DNA of 62,754 nucleotides, the filler included, from Chrysochromulina tobinii (taxonomy: Eukaryota), in the NCBI GenBank assembly GCA_001275005.1. It is 6 parts of 6 records of this genome, joined end to end, with 100 filler letters (N's around TTAATTAATTAA, not from the genome) between each part and the next. Parts side by side here need not be neighbours in the genome. Positions count along the whole stretch, not along the records: positions 49,878 to 56,672 come from JWZX01001186.1; positions 56,773 to 62,754 come from JWZX01001188.1; 4 more parts are not named here. The stretch is one strand, 5' to 3'. Shown here piece after piece: positions 52,161 through 62,754 of the stretch. Below the pieces are notes generated by a model. It was given only the letters and a program-made list of their open reading frames with translations. It had not been told where the DNA came from and did not search any database. A program made the translations under genes and the position numbers. Positions within the stretch are counted from its first letter, which is position 1. Each line of letters starts with the position of its first letter.

Positions 52161-52985
52161 ATGTTGGCGTTCGCTGCGGCTGTTGCGACGGTGCTGGCGA
52201 TGCTCCTCGGACTTGTCTTCCTCCTGGCACGCCGTGCTGCCAACGGCGCGATCGCGCCGCCACGTACGCTCACTCAGCATACAATATATGCGGCCAACCT
52301 GACCTTCCCGGAGAAGCTGGGTGCCGCCTCGAAGCGGGCGGGCCAAGTGGCCGCTCGCTTCCTGGCGAAGCGGAATATAGCCGATTTGCACTTTCTCATT
52401 TCGGAGAAAGAGATCAACGAGCTGGTGTGGCTGCTACGCGCGAACGGCATCCGCGTGCTCCACGACATGGATGTGGCGGCCCTCGTCGAGATTCACCTCG
52501 AGGTCCACAAGGATACACGCGCAGCGATGATGATGGCACGTGCGAAGCGCAACTTGGCGGGAATTGGCGCACACGACGCCGACCTCGAGTACCCGATGAG
52601 CATCGCTCCGGATGTCGTGGCAAAAACCATGGCAACCTACATCGCTGCGGAGGCGGACCAAGAGATGACGCCGGGAACTGAGCAGCCGGCAGCAGACTAT
52701 CCAGATGGTGTCGCTGCATCCCCCAAGGAGCAGAGCAGCTGGAGTTCGACAAAGAGTCCGCCAATCGACCATGCTCCCTTAAAGAATCCGCCAGAGGGGG
52801 CGCCAATTGCAGAGGGTCAGCTGGTGACGCACAAGCCTCGGACCATGTCCGAAGCTGCTGACCGACGCAAGCTCTTGGTCGGAGTGGACCCTGAGGGCAA
52901 GCCAAGCTACGTGCCTGGCTGGGCCGTGAAGCACGCGGCCGCCCGGGCTCGTGGCATCTCTTCCGGGGTAGTAGGCACGGGGTGA
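52161..52985 (+). CDS. Hypothetical protein with N-terminal signal/anchor
   Basis: MLAFAAAVATVLAMLLGLVFLLARR; divergent from the preceding ORF. Confidence 0.5.
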   Translation: MLAFAAAVATVLAMLLGLVFLLARRAANGAIAPPRTLTQHTIYAANLTFPEKLGAASKRAGQVAARFLAKRNIADLHFLISEKEINELVWLLRANGIRVLHDMDVAALVEIHLEVHKDTRAAMMMARAKRNLAGIGAHDADLEYPMSIAPDVVAKTMATYIAAEADQEMTPGTEQPAADYPDGVAASPKEQSSWSSTKSPPIDHAPLKNPPEGAPIAEGQLVTHKPRTMSEAADRRKLLVGVDPEGKPSYVPGWAVKHAAARARGISSGVVGTG

Positions 52986-53668
52986 GCCTCTGACGACGGA
53001 AGCGCGAGTCGGCAGCGGCGTAAGATTGAGTGCTGTGGCGCACTGTGCACAGAGCCAGTGAACCCCCCCATTGATGTGTGGGCCGATCAAGTGGCGCGCG
53101 AATTGGGGGGGAAGGGGGGACGTGGATATGGAATGTGTTGACGTTGGGACGGAACGGGGGGATGGGATGGGCGCTGTGTTCCGGATGTGAAACCCGTGGT
53201 TCTTTCGCTATGAGAGTATGAGAGCACCATGTGTCTATGTAGTACATGTATGTTGTCTTTTTGTGTCGCAGCAGACTGAGACTCGCTCGCACGCAACACG
53301 AAGCTCGATCGGCGACGCTGTGTGGCTCGTACGTTCATCTTCATTTCAGAATGGCATCCCAAATATGGGCCGTGGGTCGACGCCCAAATTAATCAACTTT
53401 GATCGACCTGGTAACCATTTTTGGCACTTTGGGATTGCACTTGACGAGCACAACAATTCTCTCGCACGTCTGGACTTTCCACAGCCGCGAGGACGATCAA
53501 CCGCGACGAATCCGCAAATGTGCAAAGCACCCAATCTTTGCCGACGCGTCACGTCTTTGCGCGTCCCCCTATGAGCCACTCTGCGCTGGTGCGCGCTGGC
53601 GCCGTTCCGCTGCCTGCCTGCCTGTGCAAGGCGCCGCGCCGCCGGCAGCGTCGGAGTCGGCCGCCACC

Positions 53669-56600
53669 ATGAGCGGCGTGAGCTTCCGCTACTCGGAGGC
53701 GGGCGTGCGCAAGGTGCGCCGCGTCCAGTTTGGCATCCTCGGTCCCGTGGAGCTGAAGGCGTCGTCGATGTGCAATATCGTCACTGACCGCACCTTTGAG
53801 AAAGGCAAGCCCATCCCTGGCGGGCTCATGGACCCGGCGCTCGGCGCCATCGACCTCCTCCTGAACTGCGCAAGCTGCGGCATGGACTCCTTTGAGTGCC
53901 CGGGTCACTTCGGGCACCTGGAGCTCACGAAGCCCATGTACCACGTCTCCTTCCTCATCACGACGCTCAAGGTGCTGCGCTGCGTTTGCTTCTCGTGCTC
54001 GGCCATCCTTGGCGACCAGCCAGCCGAAGACGGCAAGGCAAAGCTCGTGCTCGTCGAGGCGAATGCTAAGGTCGATGCGGCCGAGGTGAGACGAAACTCG
54101 AGATCACTCGAGATCGTGCCTCCCTGATTGGCCTATGATTGCCTCTGATTGCCTCCGATGACACGCTGATGGCCTCCCTCATCATCTCGCAGGCCGATCG
54201 GATCGCCGACCGCGCCGCGCAGCAGAAGCAGCTCGCCAAGGCCAACGCACAACTCGAATCGATCGCCAGAAAGCTCGCCGAACGCGACGAGCAGCTTGCC
54301 TCCACGCAGAGCTCGCTCGAGGACGCGCGTGCGGCGCTCGCGACCGAATCCGAGCGCGCGAAGAAGCTCGACTGATTGCCACTAATTGCCACTAATTGCC
54401 ACTAATTGCCACAGGTGCGGCGCTCGCGACCGAATCCGAGCGCGCGAAGAAGCTCGGCTGATTGCCACTAATTGCCACTAATTGCCACTAATTGCCACAG
54501 GTGCGGCGCTCGCGACCGAATCCGAGCGCGCGAAGAAGCTCGAGGCCGCCCTTGGGGCCACCAAGGAGCAGTCACGCCACCTACGCGAGCAACTGGACGC
54601 CGCCGCGGAGGCCGAGTCGAGACGGGAGGCAATGCATGCGGCACAGCTCGCGGAGCAACAAGACTTGCTGCATCGGATGAGTGCGCTGCGCTCCCCAACT
54701 GATGGCGACTGATGGCGACTGATGGCGACTGATGGCGACTGATGGCGACTGTTTGCCACTGATGGCCACGCATGGCCACTAATTGCCACTGATTGCCACC
54801 GATGGCCACCGATTGCCACGAATTGCCACTAATTGCCACTGATGGCCACTGATGGCCACCGATTGCCACTAATTGCTACAGGTGCGCGCCTCTCCCAGCT
54901 GAAGAGCGCCGAGACGAGCGCGCGCCTCTCGCTCATCGAGCAGCAGACCCTCCAGCGCGAGCAGCAGCATCAGCAGCAGCAGCTCCTACTCACCCAGAGA
55001 TCGTCGACGCAGACAGCTCCGCCGCCGCCGCCCACGATGGCGCGCGCCGTCCTGAGCGCCGAGGCGGACGAGGAGGAAGACGAGGACGAGGCCCAAGGCG
55101 GCGCCCACGACGGCGCGAGCGCGACGAGCCGCCAGATAGAGCAGCTGCAGCAGGCCGTCGACGCCGCCTCCTCTGCCCTGGCGCACCATGCGGCGGCGGC
55201 GCACCAGGCCACTGGCGCCCACGACGGCGGCGAGACGAGCGTGCGGCAGGCGGCGGTGGCGGCCCACCAGTACGAGGTGCTCGCGACGGCGCGCTCGACG
55301 CCGCCGCACCGCGTGCGCCGGCAGCTCCTCGATGCGCAGCTGGCGGAGCAGGTGCCTGCACTCGAGGCGGCCGTCCAGTCCCAAGCGGTCGAGCTGGCCG
55401 AGGCGCGCGCGCAGCTGGCGACACTCGCGGCGCAGGCCAAGCTGAGTGCGAAGAGCTCGGCGGACGAGATGCGCGCAAAGTCTCGTCAACTCGAGGAGGC
55501 GGAGCGGCGCTGGCGTAACCACCAGCACGACGGCGAGACGAAACTCAGATTGCTCGACGAGCAGGTGAGGGCCTCTGATGGCCTCTGATGATGGCGAGAC
55601 GAAACTCAGATTGCTCGAGGGGCAGGTGAGGGCCTCTGAGGGCCTCTGATGATGGCGAGACGAGACTCAGATTGCCGTTGATTGCAGGGGTGAGTCCAAG
55701 TCGGAGCTGCATGCCGAACGCCTCTGATTGCCACTGATTGCCACTGATTGCCACTGATGACCACTGATTGCCACTGATGACCACTGATTGCCGTTGATTG
55801 CAGGTGCGCCTCCTCTCGTCCAAGTCGGAGCTGCATGCGGCCCTCGCGGAGGTGTCGACGCGCCTCTCGGCCGCCCAGCTGGCCGAGTCGTCGATGCGCC
55901 ACCGGCTGGCTGAGGCCGAGGTCCAATTGATCGCCGCCGAAGCGCGCGAAGCCGAGCTCTGGGCGGCCTCGGACGCGCCGTCCTGGGCGGCCTCGGACGC
56001 GCCGTCCTGGGCGGCCTCGGACGCGCCGGAGCATGGGGCGGTCGAGCGCCGTCCTGAGCGTGGGCCCGGCGCCGCCGACGGGGGGATTTCGTCAGGCCAT
56101 GTCCTTCCTAATAAGGCAGGTCATGACCAGAGCGTCGTGATGGGCGCCAGGGAGGCCAAGGCGAGTGCCCACCACGACGCTCATGCTGGGCGCACCGGCC
56201 GCGCCGGCGGGCGCGGCGCTCGCCGTGCCAGCGGCGGCGCCGACGCCATCAGCAGCAGCGGCGGCGGCGGCGGCGGCGGCGGCGGCAGCGGCGCCCATCA
56301 CGGCGCGCGTGGCGTCGGGCTGAGCGTTGTGACGGGCAGCAGCGCCAACGTGCAGCAGCGGTTGACCGAGTCCCTGCTACTCAAGCAGCGCGATGAGATC
56401 ACGTCTCTTAAGAAGCGTCTCGCGGCCGTCGCGGTCGCGGAGCAGGTGAGCGGCGCGCGAGCGGAGCAGGAGACAGAGTTGCATGCTGATGGCCTCTGAT
56501 GACCCTTGATTGCCCCCCCCCATCAGGTGAGCGGCGCGCGAGCGGAGCAGGAGACGGAGTTGAATGCTGATGGCCTCTGATGATCCTTGATTGCCCCCCC

Positions 56601-56672
56601 CATCAGGTGAGCGGCGCGCGAGCGGAGCAGGAGACGGAGGTGGCGACCCTCTCCCGCCATCGCGCGCACTCG
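53669..56672 (+). CDS. Chimeric gene: RPB1 N-terminal (clamp, Zn-binding) fragment fused to a coiled-coil protein; exons 53669-54085, 54193-54328, 54501-54680, 54882-55564, 55804-56445, 56607-56672 (truncated)
   Basis: GCCGCCACCATG start; VRRVQFGILGP, GGLMDP, CASC..ECPGHFGHLEL, LRCVCFSC are RPB1 domain-1 motifs; five GT-AG introns all keep the frame (phases 0,1,1,0,0). Confidence 0.75.
54371..55800 (+). repeat. Intronic 10-bp tandem repeats (CTGATTGCCA / CTAATTGCCA / CTGATGGCGA variants)
   Basis: Tracts at ~54371-54412, 54457-54498, 54699-54879, 55723-55800; degenerate versions in introns 54086-54192 and 56446-56606. Confidence 0.92.
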
Positions 56673-56772
56673 NNNNNNNNNNNNNNNNNNNNNNNNNNNN
56701 NNNNNNNNNNNNNNNNTTAATTAATTAANNNNNNNNNNNNNNNNNNNNNNNNNNNNNNNNNNNNNNNNNNNN
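56673..56772. other. Artificial contig-joining spacer
   Basis: 44 N + TTAATTAATTAA + 44 N. Confidence 0.98.
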
Positions 56773-58202
56773 GGTGGGCCTGCTCTCAGCGCGTTGGACA
56801 GTCCTTCCCGAGAGGCGGCCGCCGCTGCGGCTGCCGCGGCCGCCGCCGACCGAGCAGCCTCTACTTCAGCCAGTGCCATGGCCTCCGCCTCCCTCCTCTC
56901 CTCTTGCAGCTCGGACAGGCGGAGCACGCCTCGCTCCAGAAGCTCGACCGGAAGGGCCAACTCTTGACCCGCATGGAGTGCAGCCTGAAGCGCCGCCTCG
57001 TCGTTGCTGTTCATTGCCGCATCTAGAGCCGTCTTCGCGTCTTCACGTCGCCGATGCTCCTCGGCTGCCTCGCGTTGCTGCGCCTCGCGCTGCTCTGCCT
57101 CGCGCCGCTGCACCTTGCGCCGCTGCACCTCACCTCTGTGGACGCGCGAGGGCACGCACAGCTTGGCGCTTGAGAACGGTCGACCACAAAATCACAAGGC
57201 AGTAGGAGACTCAATGGAGACCACGTGGTGCCCAGCACGGCGCCTAGGATTCGGTCGTTCTGCACCCGTCGCCGAATGTGAAGGAGGTGCGCAATCGCAA
57301 GGCGCTGTGTCGCCCCAGAGGGCGTGCGTTGCGACCTCTCGGCCGCATCCCATGGCAGCTCGCCGCGATTCGTTCGCCCTCGGCAGGCAATCAGTGGTCC
57401 GCGTGCGCCCAAGACGGCGCCTCACCGCCTCCGCTTCGAAATCGCTTGGCAATCATGCATCGGTCGGTCTTCATCCGCGCGGCGTACCGAGCCTCGCTCA
57501 GCAGGGCCACGACCTCGCTCTTGCCCTGCTCCCGTGCGATGTCGATGGCAGTCTCGCCCCACTTGTTTCGAAGAGTCACATCGGCGCCCCCTTTGAGAAG
57601 GCGCTTGGCGATCGCGAGGTCGCCGAAGTATGCCGCGAGATACAGAGCTGACCATCCGTCGTTCTGAAGACAGAAGGGAGGACACGATCGAAATGACTAC
57701 ATGGAAGCTGCCCCATGGCGTGTGCTTGGGAGAGGGCGCTCCAGACTTACGCGCGTGTCGTTGACGTTCGCCCCGGACGCGATGAGGAGTCGGACGCACC
57801 CTTCGTACCCGAACGCTGAGGCATACATCAGAGCTGTGTTTCCGTGGTCCTGGACGCACACACGAGCCATCCTCAAGGGCCAAAGGGGTGAGACGAATGG
57901 GCGAGCGACGCGGGGGTGCGGCGCGCGCGCCATTCGGCTGGTCGGCGGGGCGGCGGCAAAAGGCCAGCGCCGCCTGGGCTGTGGGGAGACGGCGCCGTGT
58001 CGGGCGGGCGCTGCCTCGGCGGCGAGGGCGACCGAAGCAACAGAGGCGGCGATGACGCGGGCGCCCACGCGAGGCACATGCGGCGGCGCACCCCAGGATT
58101 GCGCCAGTGGACGTTCGCTCCAAGGCCGATCAGCCGCCTGAGCTCCGCCTCGTTGCCGTCCTTTGCGGCCTGCCACAATTTCTTGTCCTTCGAGTCGCTC
58201 AT
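56773..58202 (-). CDS. Ankyrin-repeat protein; exons 58202-58092, 57849-57751, 57663-57488, 57135-56773 (3'-truncated)
   Basis: LWQAAKDGN, GNTALMYASAFG, GWSALYLAAYFG, GETAIDIA; GTGCG/GTAAG/GTACG donors and CAG acceptors keep the frame. Confidence 0.88.
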
Positions 58203-59298
58203 CGCGTCCGCCGCGCTTATCAGGCCTTCGCCCGCTCGGCCACCTGCGGATTCGGGGGGGGCACGCGCGCGGCTCCGCGGTGACGCTCGAGAGGCGGCGG
58301 CGCGCACTCCGTCGCGGTGCGCATGCAGCTCGCCCACACGCCCCTCGGAGCTCGGGTGGCGGCGGCAGCCGTGGCGCGAGGGCGCGTCGAGGACGCTCGA
58401 AGCGACCAAGGCGCGCAGTCGAGGCTGCCGCAACGCCTGGCTCCCGAGGCTCCAAGCAGCGTGGTATGGGCGTGCGAAGCAGCTGTGGCTCCCGGGGCCC
58501 CGAACGTGTGCAATGCAGGCCATCGGGCTCGACGAGGGCATAGGGCGCGCGAGTAGGAAGCGATCCCCGCAGTCAAAGAGGGCAGCGTCCCACTGGCTTC
58601 CCGAGGCCCCGAAGGCGCGCGAAGCATGTCGTGCAGACGCGCATGGAAATCGGCCCCCATCTCAGCTCGTCGTCAACCCCGCGCGCAGGGTGAGCGGACG
58701 GGAGCGCAGCGAAGGCCGGATGGAGCGATGAGTTGGGCATCGCATACCGCGGAACGCGTGTCAAAGGGAAGCAGGCCATCGGGCTCGACGAGGGCATCGG
58801 GCAATCCGCCCGCGCGCGAGGGATTGGCCGGTTCACGTCCTCTATTGCATGACCTTTTCGGGACGCCGTCTTCAAAAAGTGTGAAAGGGCTGTGAAAAGC
58901 CTCCTGGTGTGTTGTGGCGACCGAGGCACTCGGGTCGCTCTGCACGACCACCTCTGGAGAGAGTACGAGCCCACGGCCCAGATTGAGAGTGAGGGGCAGC
59001 GTGAGCTTCCTAGTCCAAACTGCCTCCTCTTCGAGGCTCGAGTAACTACGTAGTTAATCAGGCGAGGTCTTGGGTGCGATGTGCGACCATGTGCGCGACC
59101 GAGGAAAATGGCGGAGCCAGGCCAGGGCGGGATCGCGATGCGGCCAAGCATGAACGCGCCAGCACGTCTCCTCGGCGGCGGAATCGAGTCGCGGTGGACT
59201 GCTGTCGTGTCAGTGTAGCTGAACATTTCGTTGGGTCAAACAAACTACACCGATCTAATCTAATCTACCCATCTAAAAATCACGCCGCGCCGCTCGGT

Positions 59299-59483
59299 TT
59301 ACCCGCGTAGGGCTGCGCCCCCGCCTGCCACGCGTGTCCTTGAAGGCTTCGTTCGATACGATCGGGCAGAGCCCCGGCTTGCCATCTCGGTCCCAATGGC
59401 GGTAGTGGTAGCGCCCTCCTCCGCGTCCTCCCGAGCGTCCCTGATCGTCGCGAGGGCTCCTCGCTGCGATGACGGGCCAACTG

Positions 59484-59522
<39 letters not shown>

Positions 59523-62500
59523 GTTGGGAGGCGAGTTGCGAGCTATTTCCCACAGAGGGGGCTGGCGAGCTCGAGCTGCGCTGGCTCGGAGCAGCAGGTG
59601 GCGGCGAATGTGAATGTGAATGTGAGTGTGAATGTGAATGTGAATGTGAATGTGAATGTGAACGCTGGCTCGGAGCAGCAGGTGGCGGCGGGGCGTGTGC
59701 CGGCAGCTTGAGACGCAGCCGAGGTGCTTTGCTGCTGGTCCTGCTGCTGCTTCCTTGTGGTTCTTCATCGGCAGCGCCATCGCCCGATGGCGCAGCAACG
59801 GCGGCGTCAGCAGCCGGGGCGGTCAGAACATTGGCAGTCGCCAAGACGGCAGCCTTGGTCGTCACGAGACTCCCCACGACGGTCGTGGACATGCCGCTCC
59901 CTTTTCTGTGGGATCCTCGTTGAGGGTCCATCACCACACTGCTGCTGGTACTCCGATCCGTTGAGACTCCCCTGGGGGAGTCCTGGCTGAGGGGAGTACT
60001 CCCCTGACGTTGATCCATGGATACTCCCGAGCGGTGGGTGGCTCGCTCCCTATGCCGGTCCGAGAGGGGGGCATGCCGGTCCGAGAGGGGCGCCGCATGC
60101 CGGTCCGAGGGGGGGGGGGCATCCAATCGCTGGACGACGGCAGCCACGGCAACAAGAGGCGGGGCTCTTGTCAGCTTCGACGGCGCCATCGCGGCCAGTG
60201 GCATAGCGAGCAGCCTCGCCGAGGGGGAAGGCACAGCTGCCGTGGCGCTCGTGGCGGTCGTCGCGATCGTGGCGACGGGCGTCGATAACGGCGCGGCCAG
60301 CACGGTGGGGCTGGGTTTCGGCGGTTGCTTTGCTGATAGGGGCGGTCCTTTTGCTGATAGGGGCGGCTCCTTAGCTGAGAGCGGCGGTCCTTTTGCTGAT
60401 AGGGGCGGCTCCTTAGCTGAGAGCGGCGGTCCTTTTGCTGATAGGGGCGGCCCTTTTGCTGAGAGCGGCGGTCCTTTTGCTGAGAGGGGCGGCCCTTTTG
60501 CTGAGAGCGGCGGTCCTTTTGGCAAGCCACCGCCACCAGTGCCCTTGGCCGATTTCGCAGCCTCCTCCTCCATCTTCATCTTCATACGATGGTTCAACGC
60601 GGCAGCATCGCGACGCTCCTGTGGGAAGAGGGGAGGGCGAGCACGTGGTGAGCACTGGCATGCAAGGCGAGGTCCGTATTGGGGTACAGCATCGCGACGC
60701 TCCTTTTCCCGTTGCGCCTTCCTCAGCAACGCCGCCGCCGCCGCCGCGCCATCGTCCTCGCCACCGCCCTCGCCCTTGGCGGCGCTCTTCTTCGGATCCA
60801 GCTGCTTGAGGATCGCCGTCGCCGTGGACATGAGCCACGCGCTCCCGCCCTGTGTGAGGCCCATGAGCACGCCCATCGCGTTCGTCTGCGTCGTGAGCAG
60901 ATGCCGGCAGGTCGGGTCGCTCGCCACGTTGGAAAGGGTCGCAGCGGCATGCCCGTGCACCTCGCCCTTGTGCGTGTCCGACTGGAGAAGTGCAACCAGC
61001 AGCGGCATCGCGCCCGCGCGCGCCACGAGGCCATGAAGGGCTGGCTCCGAGGTCAGTCCCCACAACGCCATCGCTGCATGCTTGACCAAGATGGGCTCGC
61101 AGTCGGTGCTCAGCAGCTGCACGAGGAGCTCGACGCCGCCCGCCTTGGCGATGGCTTCCCGCGCGCCGTCCTTCTTGCCGCGGGATAGCTCTGCAAGGAC
61201 GGCCGCCGCACTCTCGCGTGCCTCGGGAGGTGCCGACGCACTCAGCAGCGCGACGAGCGGCGGCACGCTCCCCGCCTTGATGATGGCCGCCTTGTTGTCC
61301 GAGCCCGAGCCGAGCTGCCCGAGGGCATCGGCGGCATGGGTCGCGGCGGCCACGCTTGGGCTCGAGAGCAGCGCCACGAGCGGCTCGATGCTGCCCGCGT
61401 TGACGAGCGTCGGCTGGCACGCGGGGACGGTGGCGAGCAGCCAGAGCGCGCCCGCGGCGTGCGTCTGCGCGTCGACGCTCGCGCAGCTGAGCATTTGAAC
61501 GAGCGGCGACACCCCGCCCGCGGCCGCGAGGGACGATTTGCCGTTGGGCGTGCGCGCGAGGTCAAACAGGCATGCGGCCGCGTCGATCTGGAGCTGCGCG
61601 GGGTTGGTGCCATCTCCGAGCATCCGAACGAGGCTGGGAATGCCTCCCGCGTCGGCGACGGCCGTGCGCCCTGCTACGCCGCGCGCCGCGAGCGCCGCGA
61701 GGAGGTGCGCCGCGATGGCCAGTGCCGCCGGGTTGCGCAGCTCAAGGAGCTCGACGAGCGGCACGACTACGTTGGTGAGGTTCTCCTTGGGCGTCGCGAT
61801 GCACAGCAGCGCGCCCGCCGCGTGCGCGCGCGTGCGCGGCTGCTCGGCGCCACAGAGGAGCGTGAGCGGTCGGATGGCCTCCAGTCGAGAGAGAGCAAGT
61901 TGGTTCTCATGCGAGCCTCGAGCGAGGGTCTCGAGTGCGGCCGCGGCCCACTCCATTGTCTCGTCGGTGCCTTCGTCATCGAGCTCGATGAGGCGTACGA
62001 GGGGCGGAATGCCCCCGAGTCGAGCGATCGCGAGCTTGTTGTCCTCGTCCGAAGCGAGATGGTACAGCGCGTGCACCGCGCTCTCAACGACGAGGGGCGC
62101 CTGCCGAGAATACGAGGCCGACTCACGCTCGGCTAGGATGAGGGAGACGAGCGGCGCGATCCCGCCCTCCTCGGCAATCTCGATGCGAGTTGATATGTTG
62201 TCATCCGCGAGCGCGGCGATCGCCGCCGCCGCCCATCGGCGCGTCTCGACTGCATGGTCGACGGCATGCAAGTCCGGTGCCGCGCCCCGCGCACTGCGCC
62301 GCCCGCCGCCGCCACCTCGTGCCGTTTCGGCACCGACGTCGAGGCGTAGCATGGCGAGCAGAGGCGCGATCGCCCCTTCCTCCGCGATGGTCGCTTGCGT
62401 GTCCTTATTACGCCGGGCGATCTGCGAAAGGGCACGCGCGGCTAGCTCGGGTGGGCCCGTCGAGAGGGCGGATGTAACCACCGTCGAGAGGGCGGGCGTA

Positions 62501-62754
62501 GAGGATGACTCGACTTTGGAGGCCGATTTCGTAGCCTTGAGCGGAGGTGGAGGGGCAATGGGAGGTGCCGTGGGTAGCGAGGTCGGATCACCGACGACCA
62601 AGCGTGAAGACGGCGGCGCAGATGCAACCGCCGCGTCGCCGAGTCTTCCATCGCCCGCCCTGGCCACCGTCGCGCCGCCCACCTCCGCGGACGCGACGGG
62701 CAGAGGCTGCGGCGCCGCCCCCACGGGCGCCACCGCCGTCGCCAGCTGTGCCCG
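59299..62754 (-). CDS. Armadillo-repeat protein (Vac8/U-box-ARM-like) with low-complexity C-terminal tail; 5' end outside the window
   Basis: Many GGIxPLVxLL...AAxAL units; KGPPLSA-type heptapeptide repeats, (HS)n and poly-Ser tail; probable in-frame intron with acceptor at 60619. Confidence 0.9.

Noticed and set aside
54088..54104. 12-bp match between intron 1 and exon sequence at 55535-55546
   Set aside because: Too short to distinguish from chance.
53669..56672. Full-length RPB1 gene with introns
   Set aside because: No RPB1 motifs after ~54015 in the listed ORFs; the downstream exons splice into a coiled coil.
58515..58797. 27-bp direct repeat upstream of the ankyrin gene (58515-58541, 58771-58797)
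   Set aside because: Real, but only two copies and no element structure; no function can be supported.

Overview
High-GC eukaryotic DNA, most likely from a haptophyte alga (Chrysochromulina/Prymnesiales-like; inferred from the LCB2-LCB1-PAP2 SPT fusion, GTGCG/GTGAG donors and plastid-type leaders). The window joins six contigs with artificial 100-bp spacers (44 N + TTAATTAATTAA + 44 N): 1-8071, 8172-19160, 19261-24419, 24520-49777, 49878-56672 and 56773-62754. Synteny only holds within a contig. Ordinary genes: alpha/beta hydrolase, FAD4-type desaturase, two kinases and a kinase-like gene, CNBD K+ channel, Ras-like GTPase, SGNH hydrolase, GT31 galactosyltransferase, nucleotide-sugar transporter, PqiA-domain protein, fused serine palmitoyltransferase, and PDZ, ankyrin and armadillo proteins. 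Most notable: (1) a gene whose introns are built from tandem copies of the adjacent exon plus a 10-bp repeat carrying a branch-point-like motif, which looks like intron birth in progress; (2) the same gene starts with the first ~115 aa of RPB1 fused to an unrelated coiled coil; (3) a Kolobok-type transposon (DDE transposase plus convergent KolX/P2X7-ballast-like gene) whose transposase has a YABBY-like zinc finger + HMG module; (4) a 450-bp array of 15 copies of a 15-mer in both orientations upstream of an unknown ORF; (5) the SPT PAP2 domain lacks both catalytic histidines. All homology calls come from motifs recognised by eye; no database searches were run.
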